This document shows, piece after piece, positions 15,905-25,348 of a stretch of 34,093 bases of DNA. A program made the position numbers and the translations under genes. The notes under the pieces were generated by a model that worked only from the letters and a program-made list of their open reading frames with translations, was not told the DNA's origin and searched no databases. Origin of the DNA: an uncultured archaeon (GTDB taxonomy: Archaea > Thermoplasmatota > Penumbrarchaeia > JASLWR01); contig CAYSHM010000029.1 in assembly GCA_964430885.1 (NCBI GenBank), positions 1 through 34,093 on the forward strand, written 5' to 3'. How positions within the stretch are numbered: the stretch's first letter is position 1; each line of letters opens with the position of its first letter.

Positions 15905-18718
15905 TCAGTTCTTCCCCCTTATTATTATTATTAATACTAGTATTATCAACAGAACAAGCGCTACTATAATCAGCCAAACCATCAATGAGAATGAAGACTT
16001 CTTTTCTTCAGTTTTTTTAGCGGACTGATTCTCCTCAATAGGTTCATTCTTAATATGGATCTCAATGCTGTGTTCGCCGATGTTATTTTCACCCTTAAAC
16101 AATCCGGCGATCAGACTATAGCTGCCGTTATGATATTGGGAAGTGTTCAATTGGCAGGTCCATGAGCTGCTGGGTGGGCCTAGATCGATCCATCCATATC
16201 CTTCAAGTCTAATACGGATAGACCAGTTCTCCTGATCAGTCGGGTATACCGCATTCCCGCTTATCTCAGCAATACCTTCCAGTGTAGAATTGGACACCGG
16301 ATACTTGATCAGTATGGAATTCTGGGGGGGACGCTTGATAACAGTGATGTTCACTTGTGCCGAAGCAGAGAGATTCCCGTCACTCACATGCAAAACTATT
16401 CCGTGCCGTCCCGGGGGCAGCACTGATTCGAAGAGCGGATCACCTGATAGGAATCCAGTGAGGTTGGAGGTCCAGTTGAACTGTATCGGCAAGCCTTCAG
16501 GGTCCAAACTTCCTGTTGCATTGAATAAGATAGTGTCATCATTATAGAACATTTCATCGTTATCCGGTGAGGAAATATCAATATATGGAGAAAGATCAAC
16601 ATGAGGTTCTTCGGGCGACCTTACCGTAACATTCACCCAATCCTTATCCACGCCACCTCTCCCATCGTTTACGGTGATCTCTAATCGGTAATAACCCGGT
16701 TGGCTAAAATTCATAATGAACCTGTCTTCATACCGGAGGGAACCATTGGGGAACTTCCAGATATATACAAGGGGATCTGAATCTGGATCATATGATGAAC
16801 TGCAGTCAAAAGTAACATTCTCCCCGATCAGAACATCTGCATCATCGGATACAACCGCTACTGGGACATGGTTCTCCCAATCCGACATGAACACTTTTTT
16901 AAAGAATCCGGCAACCTCTACATTATCAATTATCAGGGCAACCTCTCTGTTGTTAGTGATGGAATTGTGGTTCCAGTTTATGCTGGATACCAAGGAATAT
17001 CTGCCGTCAACTATCATACCTTTGTTGTGCGATTTGTTCAGGTTGGTCATTTCTGAATCAAATAGCTTTACTGTTAAATTCAGGTTCTCGGCCTCAGCGA
17101 TCTCCTGAAGATACTCAACGTCCGGCTCGTTGTCAGGTACTGTATTCTGGTCATAATCCGATGAATCCAGAAGTATCTTAACCTCACATCCCCTTCTGGC
17201 AGCATCAAGTAAGGATTCAATATAAGGGTTTGGACCTTTCTTTGCGTTCTCGTTCCACTCCCTGTCAAAATAGAATATCTCCGCCAAAACTTCCTCCTGG
17301 GCCGATTCCAGTAGATGGGTTACTCCCTGATCCTCAATAAGAGATGTATCCGGACTGATCACCGGAACGATATGAGTACTCTGTCCCGATGTATTGGAGT
17401 CGAAATGGAAATGCGGTCTGTAGTCGCCGTTGGGTGTGGACATATTTACTATAAAACCCTCTACTGGCCCGCCGAACTTGTAATGACCTGGAGTGAAGGG
17501 GAAAATATCAGGATAACTGCTGTTCCGGTCATTTTCAAATATACTGTTCAGGTATTCCGCCAAATCATGATCCTCCACCAGAACACCCCAACCCCTGTTT
17601 CCGGCTATGGAGTCGGTTGGTACTCCGGACTGTTTCCAGTTCTCCGTCATTACTACTGATCTATGATCATCGAATATAGCAAATTTGGAATGGAGAAAAT
17701 AATATCTATTGTGGATATGCTTATTCTCATCGTTTATCATAAATCTGACATCAGCACCTCTCTCATAGAGTTCCTGACAGATAAATTTCTCCTGGTTAAC
17801 ATCGGGATTCTGGTCCCCTGTATTTTCCATATGCCAGGCAACCGGGCCGCCTTCCAGTAGAAGATTTACTTCAACACCTCGGTCAAGAGCTTCGAAAAGG
17901 TGTTGGGCAATATGAATGTTAATGAACTGGTAAAGAGATATATTGATGATCGAATCTGCTGAATCGATCTCCCTTGAAATTATATCAAAAGACCCGTCCG
18001 GCGACACGAAAGGAATTATCGCTCCATTCACAGTGAAATTTGAAGGCCGGATCTCCTTCTGGCCCATCCAATGGTTTCGGTAATGGGCCCAATCCTGTCT
18101 CGTATCAGTATCAACATAGGGACCTGATATTCCATCTTTGTTCCGGGTCAGTACCTCTCCCTGGCTTGGATCGGGTATTGAATCCCCGCTCCATCCGGTC
18201 AGGGAGGGTGGGTCCTCACCCCAAGCAAGGGCATCGATGATATTATTGCCATTATCCAGAAGCTGAAGTTCGTCCTTTTCATTGGCCATTTTGAAAGTAT
18301 TATGCATCCCCGTGTCCGGAACGTCAATGGTTGTGTTAGCCCATTCAAGATCGGCACGGAATCCCATATCTTCATAAAAAGCTGTGGCGTTGCCCGTGAC
18401 ATAGAATGTCTGACCTGGTTCGATAAATGTGGACCCAGGAAAAATGATCCATCCCTCTCCGTCGTCTATCTTCCAGACCGACATGTCAACCGTAGTATTA
18501 CCCTGATTGTAGAGGGACACAAATTCATCAGGCTCGTACACATCTGATTCGGGTCTGACGGTGTTGGGGTATACTTCCACCATGAGAATATCCCCATTCC
18601 CTCGGGAGATTGTAGGGGGAACGGTGTTTCCACTTAGGGACATTGTTGAAAAGGTAGATATTAAAAATAACAACACTAGCAAGACTGCTGATAAAGTGCG
18701 GGTGTTCTTCGATTTCAT
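15905..18718 (-). CDS. Exported phospholipase D-family protein with lamin-tail and PKD domains, C-terminal membrane anchor
   Basis: Signal peptide; lamin-tail domain (EVYPN...EFVSLYN); two HKD motifs (HSKFAIFD, HNKGMIVD); PKD repeats (SYDPD, SLDPEG); C-terminal TM helix. Confidence 0.9.
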   Translation of the reverse strand: MKSKNTRTLSAVLLVLLFLISTFSTMSLSGNTVPPTISRGNGDILMVEVYPNTVRPESDVYEPDEFVSLYNQGNTTVDMSVWKIDDGEGWIIFPGSTFIEPGQTFYVTGNATAFYEDMGFRADLEWANTTIDVPDTGMHNTFKMANEKDELQLLDNGNNIIDALAWGEDPPSLTGWSGDSIPDPSQGEVLTRNKDGISGPYVDTDTRQDWAHYRNHWMGQKEIRPSNFTVNGAIIPFVSPDGSFDIISREIDSADSIINISLYQFINIHIAQHLFEALDRGVEVNLLLEGGPVAWHMENTGDQNPDVNQEKFICQELYERGADVRFMINDENKHIHNRYYFLHSKFAIFDDHRSVVMTENWKQSGVPTDSIAGNRGWGVLVEDHDLAEYLNSIFENDRNSSYPDIFPFTPGHYKFGGPVEGFIVNMSTPNGDYRPHFHFDSNTSGQSTHIVPVISPDTSLIEDQGVTHLLESAQEEVLAEIFYFDREWNENAKKGPNPYIESLLDAARRGCEVKILLDSSDYDQNTVPDNEPDVEYLQEIAEAENLNLTVKLFDSEMTNLNKSHNKGMIVDGRYSLVSSINWNHNSITNNREVALIIDNVEVAGFFKKVFMSDWENHVPVAVVSDDADVLIGENVTFDCSSSYDPDSDPLVYIWKFPNGSLRYEDRFIMNFSQPGYYRLEITVNDGRGGVDKDWVNVTVRSPEEPHVDLSPYIDISSPDNDEMFYNDDTILFNATGSLDPEGLPIQFNWTSNLTGFLSGDPLFESVLPPGRHGIVLHVSDGNLSASAQVNITVIKRPPQNSILIKYPVSNSTLEGIAEISGNAVYPTDQENWSIRIRLEGYGWIDLGPPSSSWTCQLNTSQYHNGSYSLIAGLFKGENNIGEHSIEIHIKNEPIEENQSAKKTEEKKSSFSLMVWLIIVALVLLIILVLIIIIRGKN

Positions 18719-18791
18719 AAATTAATATTAAGATTATTGATTTATATTGCTTGTTAATAAAAGTCGAAATGCGGATAATAAAAAGATCAGA

Positions 18792-19949
18792 TCACCGGAG
18801 ACATTTCCTGTATACTTCCACGGTCTTCTCACAAATCCCTCCCCAATCGAACTCGGCATTAATGCGTTTTTTGCCGACCTTACCCATCTTTTGTCCCATT
18901 TGCTTATCCCCGAGCATCTTCTCAAGGTATACCGCAAAATCCCTGTGGTCTATCTCCGAGCGGTAGCCGTCCAAGCCGTGATCGATATAACCCACTGCTT
19001 TGGTGGCCATTACAGGTTTCTCTACACTCCAGGCTTCCAAGGCGGTAATGCCAAAGGGCTCGTTCCTGCTGGGCATGGCATAAATATCGCATATATTGTA
19101 GACTTCGGTCTTCTCTTCATCAGAAACATATCCTAAAAATCGGCAGTCATCTGCGATACCAAGCTCTCTTGCGAGTATCTTGCAGCTCTCCAGCATGTCA
19201 CCCCAGCCAGCAAATACATAATCTGCCCTTTTACCATTCCTTTTAGCCAGCTCAGCAGCTCTCAAGAGGATATCCGGGCCCTTTTGCCAGGCGATCCGTC
19301 CTAGAAATAGCACCATATCCCTACCCTTGTGAAGGTTGTATCTGAACTTGCTTTTTATGGAATCCAGATCGTTCAAAACCTCCACCTCTGTAACACCATT
19401 TGGAATTGCAGTGACCTTTTCCATGGGGATCTCGTAGACCTTCTTCAGTTCATGTCTCATGTGCTCGGAGACCGTTATCAGCCCAGAGGATTCAAATCCG
19501 GCCATCCACTCGATATGGGCGATCTCCTTCCCCACAATGGAGGATGCCGTCTGGTTGCCTCCCCTGCCGTACTCAGTGCTGTGGAATGTCATGACAAAGG
19601 GTGTGCCTCTGTGGGTCTTCACATTGAGAAGAGCCCTTACGGGATGCCAGTCGTGAACGTGCAGAACATCGAATTTGCCGAATAAACGCTCGACTGCATA
19701 GAACCTATCGGCCATGGCGTTGCACATTGCATTCATCTCTCGGATGATGTCACCGGCGTAATCGAATGAAACCCTCTGATAATGTACTCCGTCGATCTTA
19801 TCGTAACTGCGCATCCAGCCGGACCGGGTGAAAACATGGACCTCATGGCCCATCTTTGCCAGTCCCTCTGCCAGTGAACTAACGTGAGGCGACACTCCTC
19901 CGACCGTTACTGAATGCATACTTTCCCAGGAAAAAAGACCTATTCTCAT
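18792..19949 (-). CDS. Glycosyltransferase family 4
   Basis: GGVSPHV, HVHDW, FHSTEYGR, KGPD and EPFGITALEA motifs. Confidence 0.93.
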   Translation of the reverse strand: MRIGLFSWESMHSVTVGGVSPHVSSLAEGLAKMGHEVHVFTRSGWMRSYDKIDGVHYQRVSFDYAGDIIREMNAMCNAMADRFYAVERLFGKFDVLHVHDWHPVRALLNVKTHRGTPFVMTFHSTEYGRGGNQTASSIVGKEIAHIEWMAGFESSGLITVSEHMRHELKKVYEIPMEKVTAIPNGVTEVEVLNDLDSIKSKFRYNLHKGRDMVLFLGRIAWQKGPDILLRAAELAKRNGKRADYVFAGWGDMLESCKILARELGIADDCRFLGYVSDEEKTEVYNICDIYAMPSRNEPFGITALEAWSVEKPVMATKAVGYIDHGLDGYRSEIDHRDFAVYLEKMLGDKQMGQKMGKVGKKRINAEFDWGGICEKTVEVYRKCLR

Positions 19950-20042
19950 GTGGAGGGTGAAGGTTCCGCATGTTATTATTTATTTACGCCTTAGGTTGAT
20001 TATTATGGTGTTTACCTCAAAAAATATTAGTTTATATCTCAG

Positions 20043-21272
20043 TTACTTAACAAAGATCACAATCCGATTTGTGTTTGTCCCTCTCTTCATATTGTCCACG
20101 CCCCAGATATTGGAGGTCTTTGTGAATTCCTGGGCGTTTATGACAATACAGGACGCTATGAAACCCGCATCAATACCAATGGGTACAATGTGTTCCTCTA
20201 GCTTCACCCTGCCCCCTTTTACCTCTCCAACCTCGAATGCCACACAACCTCCAGGTTTGGTAATTCTATACAGCTCGTTGAAGGTGTCCTGCATGAATCC
20301 GCACCATTCTTCCATATCCCTAATAACAGTTATTCTCCTCTGGATGATAGCGAGATCAATATTGTTGAACCAGCATCGGAGCCAGTTATCAGTGGGATAA
20401 TCCACAACATTGAGAAATGGGGGGGAAGTGACGGTAAGTGAGACTGAATTATCGGATATATCAGGAGTGTCGGTGGAATCGCAGGAAAGGAATCTAGCAC
20501 TACGCCCAGCCTTTGAAAGGGAGTCCACTATTTTTGGTGTAATATCCCTTGTCAAGCTTCGGGTTTTCTTGATTAATATTTTATGGATGTCGCGGTAATC
20601 AGGTTTCTGCTCTCTTTTTTGATTTAATCTTATTTGTCTCTCTGGCGTGACCGCTTGATTGGGGGGAAGGGTGTAAACGGAAAAGAATCCCGAAGAATGA
20701 CCCGTCAGCCTAGTTGTAGCCACCATCCTTATCCATCGATCAACATCATCCTCTTTTCCTGCCTCCCTTCGGCTGATCAGATAATCCCTCAATGCCATTA
20801 ACTCCTCAAGGGTCTTAGGATGATAGAACATAGATAGATCGATACCGGGTGAATTACGGGATGTTCTTCCTATGTCATCCAGCCTACCCTGAAGCTCCAT
20901 CAATGATGGAATGAAGAACCTTGCACGTGAAAGTATCTCCATTAGAGGATTGGAATCGTTCAGTATCACTTTTCTGCTTAAAAGGCCCGCCTCAACTCCA
21001 GTTGTACCCCTACCGGAAAAGGGATCATATACCGTATCGTCAGGTTTTGTGAATTTATTTATAAAGAAAGCTGGCAGCTGGGCTTTGAAACAGGCACGGT
21101 AAGGGACCTCATGTATCGAGTTGGCCTGACGCTGCCTTGATGTCCAGAACTCTCCTCGGAATATGGGTATGACATCACCCATTATCTTCTGAGCAGTTCT
21201 TTTGGGCCTTCCTGCTCCATTTATCAATTCAGTTTTCGCAATGGCTTCCAATATACTATCCTGCCTTTTCAT
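20043..21272 (-). CDS. Amino (N4-C/N6-A) DNA methyltransferase, apparently orphan
   Basis: SAM-binding DPFSGRGTT followed by catalytic TSPPF. Start uncertain (21272-21335). Confidence 0.85.
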   Translation of the reverse strand: MKRQDSILEAIAKTELINGAGRPKRTAQKIMGDVIPIFRGEFWTSRQRQANSIHEVPYRACFKAQLPAFFINKFTKPDDTVYDPFSGRGTTGVEAGLLSRKVILNDSNPLMEILSRARFFIPSLMELQGRLDDIGRTSRNSPGIDLSMFYHPKTLEELMALRDYLISRREAGKEDDVDRWIRMVATTRLTGHSSGFFSVYTLPPNQAVTPERQIRLNQKREQKPDYRDIHKILIKKTRSLTRDITPKIVDSLSKAGRSARFLSCDSTDTPDISDNSVSLTVTSPPFLNVVDYPTDNWLRCWFNNIDLAIIQRRITVIRDMEEWCGFMQDTFNELYRITKPGGCVAFEVGEVKGGRVKLEEHIVPIGIDAGFIASCIVINAQEFTKTSNIWGVDNMKRGTNTNRIVIFVK

Positions 21273-21390
21273 ACAAACCTTGACATGGTCCATTGAATCG
21301 AATCCATTTAAAATTAATGTACCAATTATGTACACCGAAGATGGCAGACCCCAAAATGTTCAAATAGATGTCATTTAATATTGCATCTTC

Positions 21391-22497
21391 ATGGATATCC
21401 CCAACTTCGAACTTTTAGACTGGCTTCTGGAAGGCAAAAAGCATATGAAATACAACCTTGCCAGCAGCGAGATCAAGGGAGTAGCTCTGGATGAACTAAA
21501 TGATTTTTCAGGACTTGAGATTCCCCGGGACTTCGATCTTGGAAAGAATGACCATTTTGGTCACGGCGAGCTGAAAAATGTACTTTCCAGCATCTACGGA
21601 TGCACACCTGAAAACATTGTCACCTCTACTGGCGGAAGCGAGGCGAATTTCCTGGTCTATCTATCACACGTGAAGAGCGGAGATCATGTGATAGTGGAAA
21701 GCCCGGGTTACGAACCCATGTGGAGGGTTCCAGAGATGCTGGGTTGCGAGAAAAGAACATGGAATCGAACTTTCCAAAGCGGATTCAAACTGAACCTCGA
21801 ATCCCTGGAAAAGTTGATGGATGAAAAAACATCTCTCGTTGTGATCACAAACTTGCATAATCCCAGCGGAGTATATGCATCACCTGAGGACATTGCAAAG
21901 GCTGCAGATATGGCAGGCTATTTCGGAGCAAAACTGCTCATTGATGAGATATTTCTGGAAGGATGCTTATCTCAGGCAACATCGTCTGCGGATATGAAAA
22001 ATGTGATTATTACATCCAGCATGACAAAGGTGTTCGGTCTGGGGGGTTTAAGGACCGGGTGGATCATCGCCTCCGAAGAAGTTTCACGAAAATGCCAGAA
22101 AGCCAAGGCAATGGTTAGCGGAACATCACCCTTTATTTCCGAATATGTCAACGCTACAGCTCTCCTCAAGGCTCGGGATTGGCTCATTCAGCGTTTCAAA
22201 GGTATTGCCAAGAGGAATATGGGTATCATCTCAAAATGGGTGGAGGAATGTAAACATCTGGAATGGGTTGAGCCAGCGGGTGGCATTTTTTGTTTCCCAA
22301 GATTGCTGAAGCCTTTGGACTCCCTTACATTATGTAAAAAGGCGCTTATTGACGGAGGGGTGCTGATATCACCAGGATCAATGTTCGGACTGGAAGGGCA
22401 TTTCCGCCTAACCTGCGTATTTGACGACCCTCCGGTATTAGAAAAGGGCCTTGAAGCTCTTGGAAATGTTCTGGATTCCTTTACACCTGACATTTGA
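21391..22497 (+). CDS. PLP-dependent aminotransferase class I/II
   Basis: NLHNPSG, DEIF and SSMTKVFGLGGLRTGW with the catalytic Lys. Confidence 0.93.
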   Translation: MDIPNFELLDWLLEGKKHMKYNLASSEIKGVALDELNDFSGLEIPRDFDLGKNDHFGHGELKNVLSSIYGCTPENIVTSTGGSEANFLVYLSHVKSGDHVIVESPGYEPMWRVPEMLGCEKRTWNRTFQSGFKLNLESLEKLMDEKTSLVVITNLHNPSGVYASPEDIAKAADMAGYFGAKLLIDEIFLEGCLSQATSSADMKNVIITSSMTKVFGLGGLRTGWIIASEEVSRKCQKAKAMVSGTSPFISEYVNATALLKARDWLIQRFKGIAKRNMGIISKWVEECKHLEWVEPAGGIFCFPRLLKPLDSLTLCKKALIDGGVLISPGSMFGLEGHFRLTCVFDDPPVLEKGLEALGNVLDSFTPDI

Positions 22498-22536
22498 TTT
22501 GATCATTTATGCCGCAATCGAGTGAGGGTGGGAAAA

Positions 22537-23349
22537 ATGAAAAATAACCATCGAAAAAATGATGAAAACTTCTCTATTAGGTGTTTATTGATTTTCGTAT
22601 TATTTATTATGGCTTTATCATTTACAATTCCAGGTGTTATTGCCCACGGCCCGTCCAAAATCGCACTGGAGATTGATGACGAACTTAATCAACTCAAAGT
22701 TACCCTAGACCATAAGGTGGCAGATCCCTCTAAGCACTATATATATCAAATAGTTATTAGGAAAAACGGCAATGACTATCTTGACTTCAATTACACCATC
22801 CAACCTGACGATACTTCTTTTTACCACACATATGAGGTGAATGTAACTGAAGATGATGTCGTTAAAGTCACGGCCTACTGCAATGTCGGCGGAGAACTAT
22901 CCGCTTCTTTAGACCTATCTAAGGAAACTGCGGCACAAACAGAAAATCCCAAACTATGGCCCTATCATGCTGGTCTAATGGGTGCTGGGTTATTGTGCAT
23001 GCTCAGCGCGGTAATTATAGCAAAATTCCTGAAGGGCAAGAAAAAATGGTGGCTCAAGATCCATAAACCTCTCGGAACCTTTGGCGGTTTACTAAGCTTC
23101 GGTGGTCTTGTCATGGCTTACATCATGGTAGAAAAGGCAGGCGGCGACCACTTCTCAGTACCACACACCTACCTGGGTTCTCTTACCATGCTGGCAATTA
23201 TTCTAACGGCCATATTGGGAAATCTTCAATTTAAGGTCAAGAACAAGAAGTATATGGCGACACTGCACAGATGGATAGGCAGAATATGCTTGGCTCTTAT
23301 GCTGTTCACCATTTTAGGCGGACTGTTCGCTGCCGGTGTGATCAGATAG
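22537..23349 (+). CDS. Exported desulfoferrodoxin/SOR-like domain fused to a cytochrome b561 domain
   Basis: Signal peptide ending VIA|HGP; DHKVADPSKHYI and YCNVGG motifs; then four TM helices each carrying a His (PYHAG, KIHKP, VPHTY, TLHRW). Confidence 0.75.
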   Translation: MKNNHRKNDENFSIRCLLIFVLFIMALSFTIPGVIAHGPSKIALEIDDELNQLKVTLDHKVADPSKHYIYQIVIRKNGNDYLDFNYTIQPDDTSFYHTYEVNVTEDDVVKVTAYCNVGGELSASLDLSKETAAQTENPKLWPYHAGLMGAGLLCMLSAVIIAKFLKGKKKWWLKIHKPLGTFGGLLSFGGLVMAYIMVEKAGGDHFSVPHTYLGSLTMLAIILTAILGNLQFKVKNKKYMATLHRWIGRICLALMLFTILGGLFAAGVIR

Positions 23350-23445
23350 TTCTGATATGAATGCACATTTATTTCCCAGTAATTAATCCCATAGTTAGTT
23401 TAAAGGCATATGCCCTGCATCTGAAAAAAATCAGGAGACCGAAAT

Positions 23446-23661
23446 ATGGAAATACATAAATGGGAATCTTCAACCGGTATAATTATTGGGATAGATTATG
23501 ATAAATGTAAGGGGCATGAGGAATGCGTGGAGGTATGTCCTGTGGAAGTTTTCCAGATGAAGGAGGGGAAATCGATTGCCAATAATATTAACAAGTGCAT
23601 AGAATGCTGTGCATGCGTTATGGCCTGTCCTGCGGGAGCCATTGAGCACAGCTCTTGCTAG
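23446..23661 (+). CDS. Dicluster-type 4Fe-4S ferredoxin
   Basis: CKGHEECVEVCP and CIECCACVMACP; AGGAG RBS. Confidence 0.92.
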   Translation: MEIHKWESSTGIIIGIDYDKCKGHEECVEVCPVEVFQMKEGKSIANNINKCIECCACVMACPAGAIEHSSC

Positions 23662-23690
23662 GTCTCAATAGTAGATAGCGGGTAGGGGTC

Positions 23691-24049
23691 ATGATTAGAG
23701 GGGACGGGATCAAATTAATTTTCGTGTACAAAACGCTGACTCTGGAATTATAAATGCACTGAAGGACTATGGACACAAGATTGTATCACCCTCTACCTAT
23801 GAATGCAATCTCTGCTCTGTCACCTACGGAAACTTGGGTATGAAAAAGAAATGGACGGACTACATTACTGCACTGCCGTACAATTCGGTGTTTCTCCATA
23901 GGGATGAGTTTTCTGACAAATACAATATAGAAAAACCGAAACTACCTGCAGCTTATGTCCTCAAAGATGATAAAGTTAAGATATTTCTGTCCAAGAAAGT
24001 TGTTGATGGTGCAGCTGATCTAGATGAATTGATATCAAATATCTCCTAG
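23691..24049 (+). pseudogene. Frameshifted conserved hypothetical gene (LIFVYNADSG...CxLC family)
   Basis: ATG 23691 reads KLIFVY and then runs into a stop. Removing 2 nt from the AAAA run at 23730-23733 restores YNADSGIINALKDYGHKIVSPSTYECNLCSVTYG, continuous with the 23834-24049 ORF. Confidence 0.75.
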
Positions 24050-24173
24050 GAAATTGCTCTCATTAGGGTGAATATTAAATTTTCAATGTGCAATACCCGT
24101 TTTTTTACGAGAGCCTAAGCTGATTAAATGAAATAAATCTATATAATTAAAAGTGAAAAAACTAATGGAATTT

Positions 24174-24437
24174 CTACCATCGGTCTCTTCTCTCGGCCCG
24201 GGGTCTTGCCTGGTTTACCCTCAAGGGGCGTCCCATGAGCTCCCAGCCGTCCAGTTCCTCTATGGCCTGATTTGCCTCAGCATCGGCACCCATCTCCACA
24301 AAACCAAATCCCTTTGACCTTCCTGATACACGGTCAATTATGATCTTAACACTATCTACCTGTCCAAATTTCTCAAAAGCTTCCTTCAGGTCCTCTTCTT
24401 TTACACCATAAGGTATGTTTCCTACATATATGTTCAT
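24174..24437 (-). CDS. Single-RRM RNA-binding protein
   Basis: RNP2 IYVGNI and RNP1 KGFGFVEM; GGAGG RBS. Confidence 0.95.
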   Translation of the reverse strand: MNIYVGNIPYGVKEEDLKEAFEKFGQVDSVKIIIDRVSGRSKGFGFVEMGADAEANQAIEELDGWELMGRPLRVNQARPRAERRDRW

Positions 24438-24708
24438 TAACCATCCCTCCTACGTAAGATAGCATGAATAGTGAACCACCTTACCCAGAATTGCGCTGAC
24501 AATGTTACCCCACCTATAAAATATTATTTGATAAAAACCTTAAAAAACCATATATGTGGCATCAATGGCAAACAGTGCTCTTCAGCTATAGATGAACTGA
24601 CTTTTAAAAGACAAAAATCTACCTCATTATCTCCCAATGGAAAAACTTGTAATGTGTTGATTTTTAAACCATGATTGAATTAATCCTTTTTGTTCAAAGG
24701 AGAGTCAA

Positions 24709-25182
24709 ATGATGAAGAAGCTTATTCATAATGTCACTGTGAGGGTCTTCGAAAATGAGAAGGAGAAAATTGAGATTTACAAAGATATCTTTCATGAGAT
24801 GCTGCCTGTTGATTTCAAAAAGGAGAGGGTCAGCTTGATTCAGCGGACCGAAAGAGGATTCGACGACCTTCCCCTGCATCTTCTCTCCATGAAAACCCGG
24901 AGGAACAAGAATAACATACTGCTTCTTGAAAACATTTTATCCCGATTACCCCCAAAAGATAAGGAAATACTTTTCAGGGAACACGAGAGAAGGCTGGACG
25001 AGCAGGGTGATTTCTTCATAAGACTGGACCTGAATGGGCTGCTTTCCACTCCCAGGATATATACTCTGACAAGAGGTGGAGATTGTTTTCATATCAAGGT
25101 CAAGATAGCTGCTTTTCCAAAGAAGAGAGAGCGGCTATTACAGAATCTAAGAGAATTTCTAGCCTATTGCGATATTAAATAA
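24709..25182 (+). CDS. Archaeal RNA-binding protein (DUF54 family)
   Basis: IHNVTVRVF, RRLDEQGDFFIRLD and HIKVKIAAFP patterns of this archaeal family. Confidence 0.8.
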   Translation: MMKKLIHNVTVRVFENEKEKIEIYKDIFHEMLPVDFKKERVSLIQRTERGFDDLPLHLLSMKTRRNKNNILLLENILSRLPPKDKEILFREHERRLDEQGDFFIRLDLNGLLSTPRIYTLTRGGDCFHIKVKIAAFPKKRERLLQNLREFLAYCDIK

Positions 25183-25247
25183 TCCTTGAGCCTACCCTTA
25201 CACTTTATCCTATGAGAATTCACATTTCCATCATTCAATTTCCAAGA

Positions 25248-25274
25248 TAATAATAATAATAATAATAATAATAA
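25248..25274. repeat. (TAA)9 microsatellite
   Basis: Nine perfect TAA units about 75 nt upstream of the HEAT-repeat gene start. Confidence 0.95.
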
Positions 25275-25348
25275 GCTCTCATATCAATACGGCATAGATA
25301 ATTGGCATTGTTTCCAGATATTCGAACCGGAGGGGGAAAAATTACCGC

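Noticed and set aside
11851-24049. Possible amber (TAG) recoding, suggested by premature-looking TAGs at 11869 and 24047
   Set aside because: TAG ends several intact genes at the expected places (glnS, ferredoxin, RRM protein), and both affected genes have other inactivating lesions.
24471-24674. 67-aa ORF between the RRM and DUF54 genes
   Set aside because: No motif or RBS; it spans the divergent promoter region.
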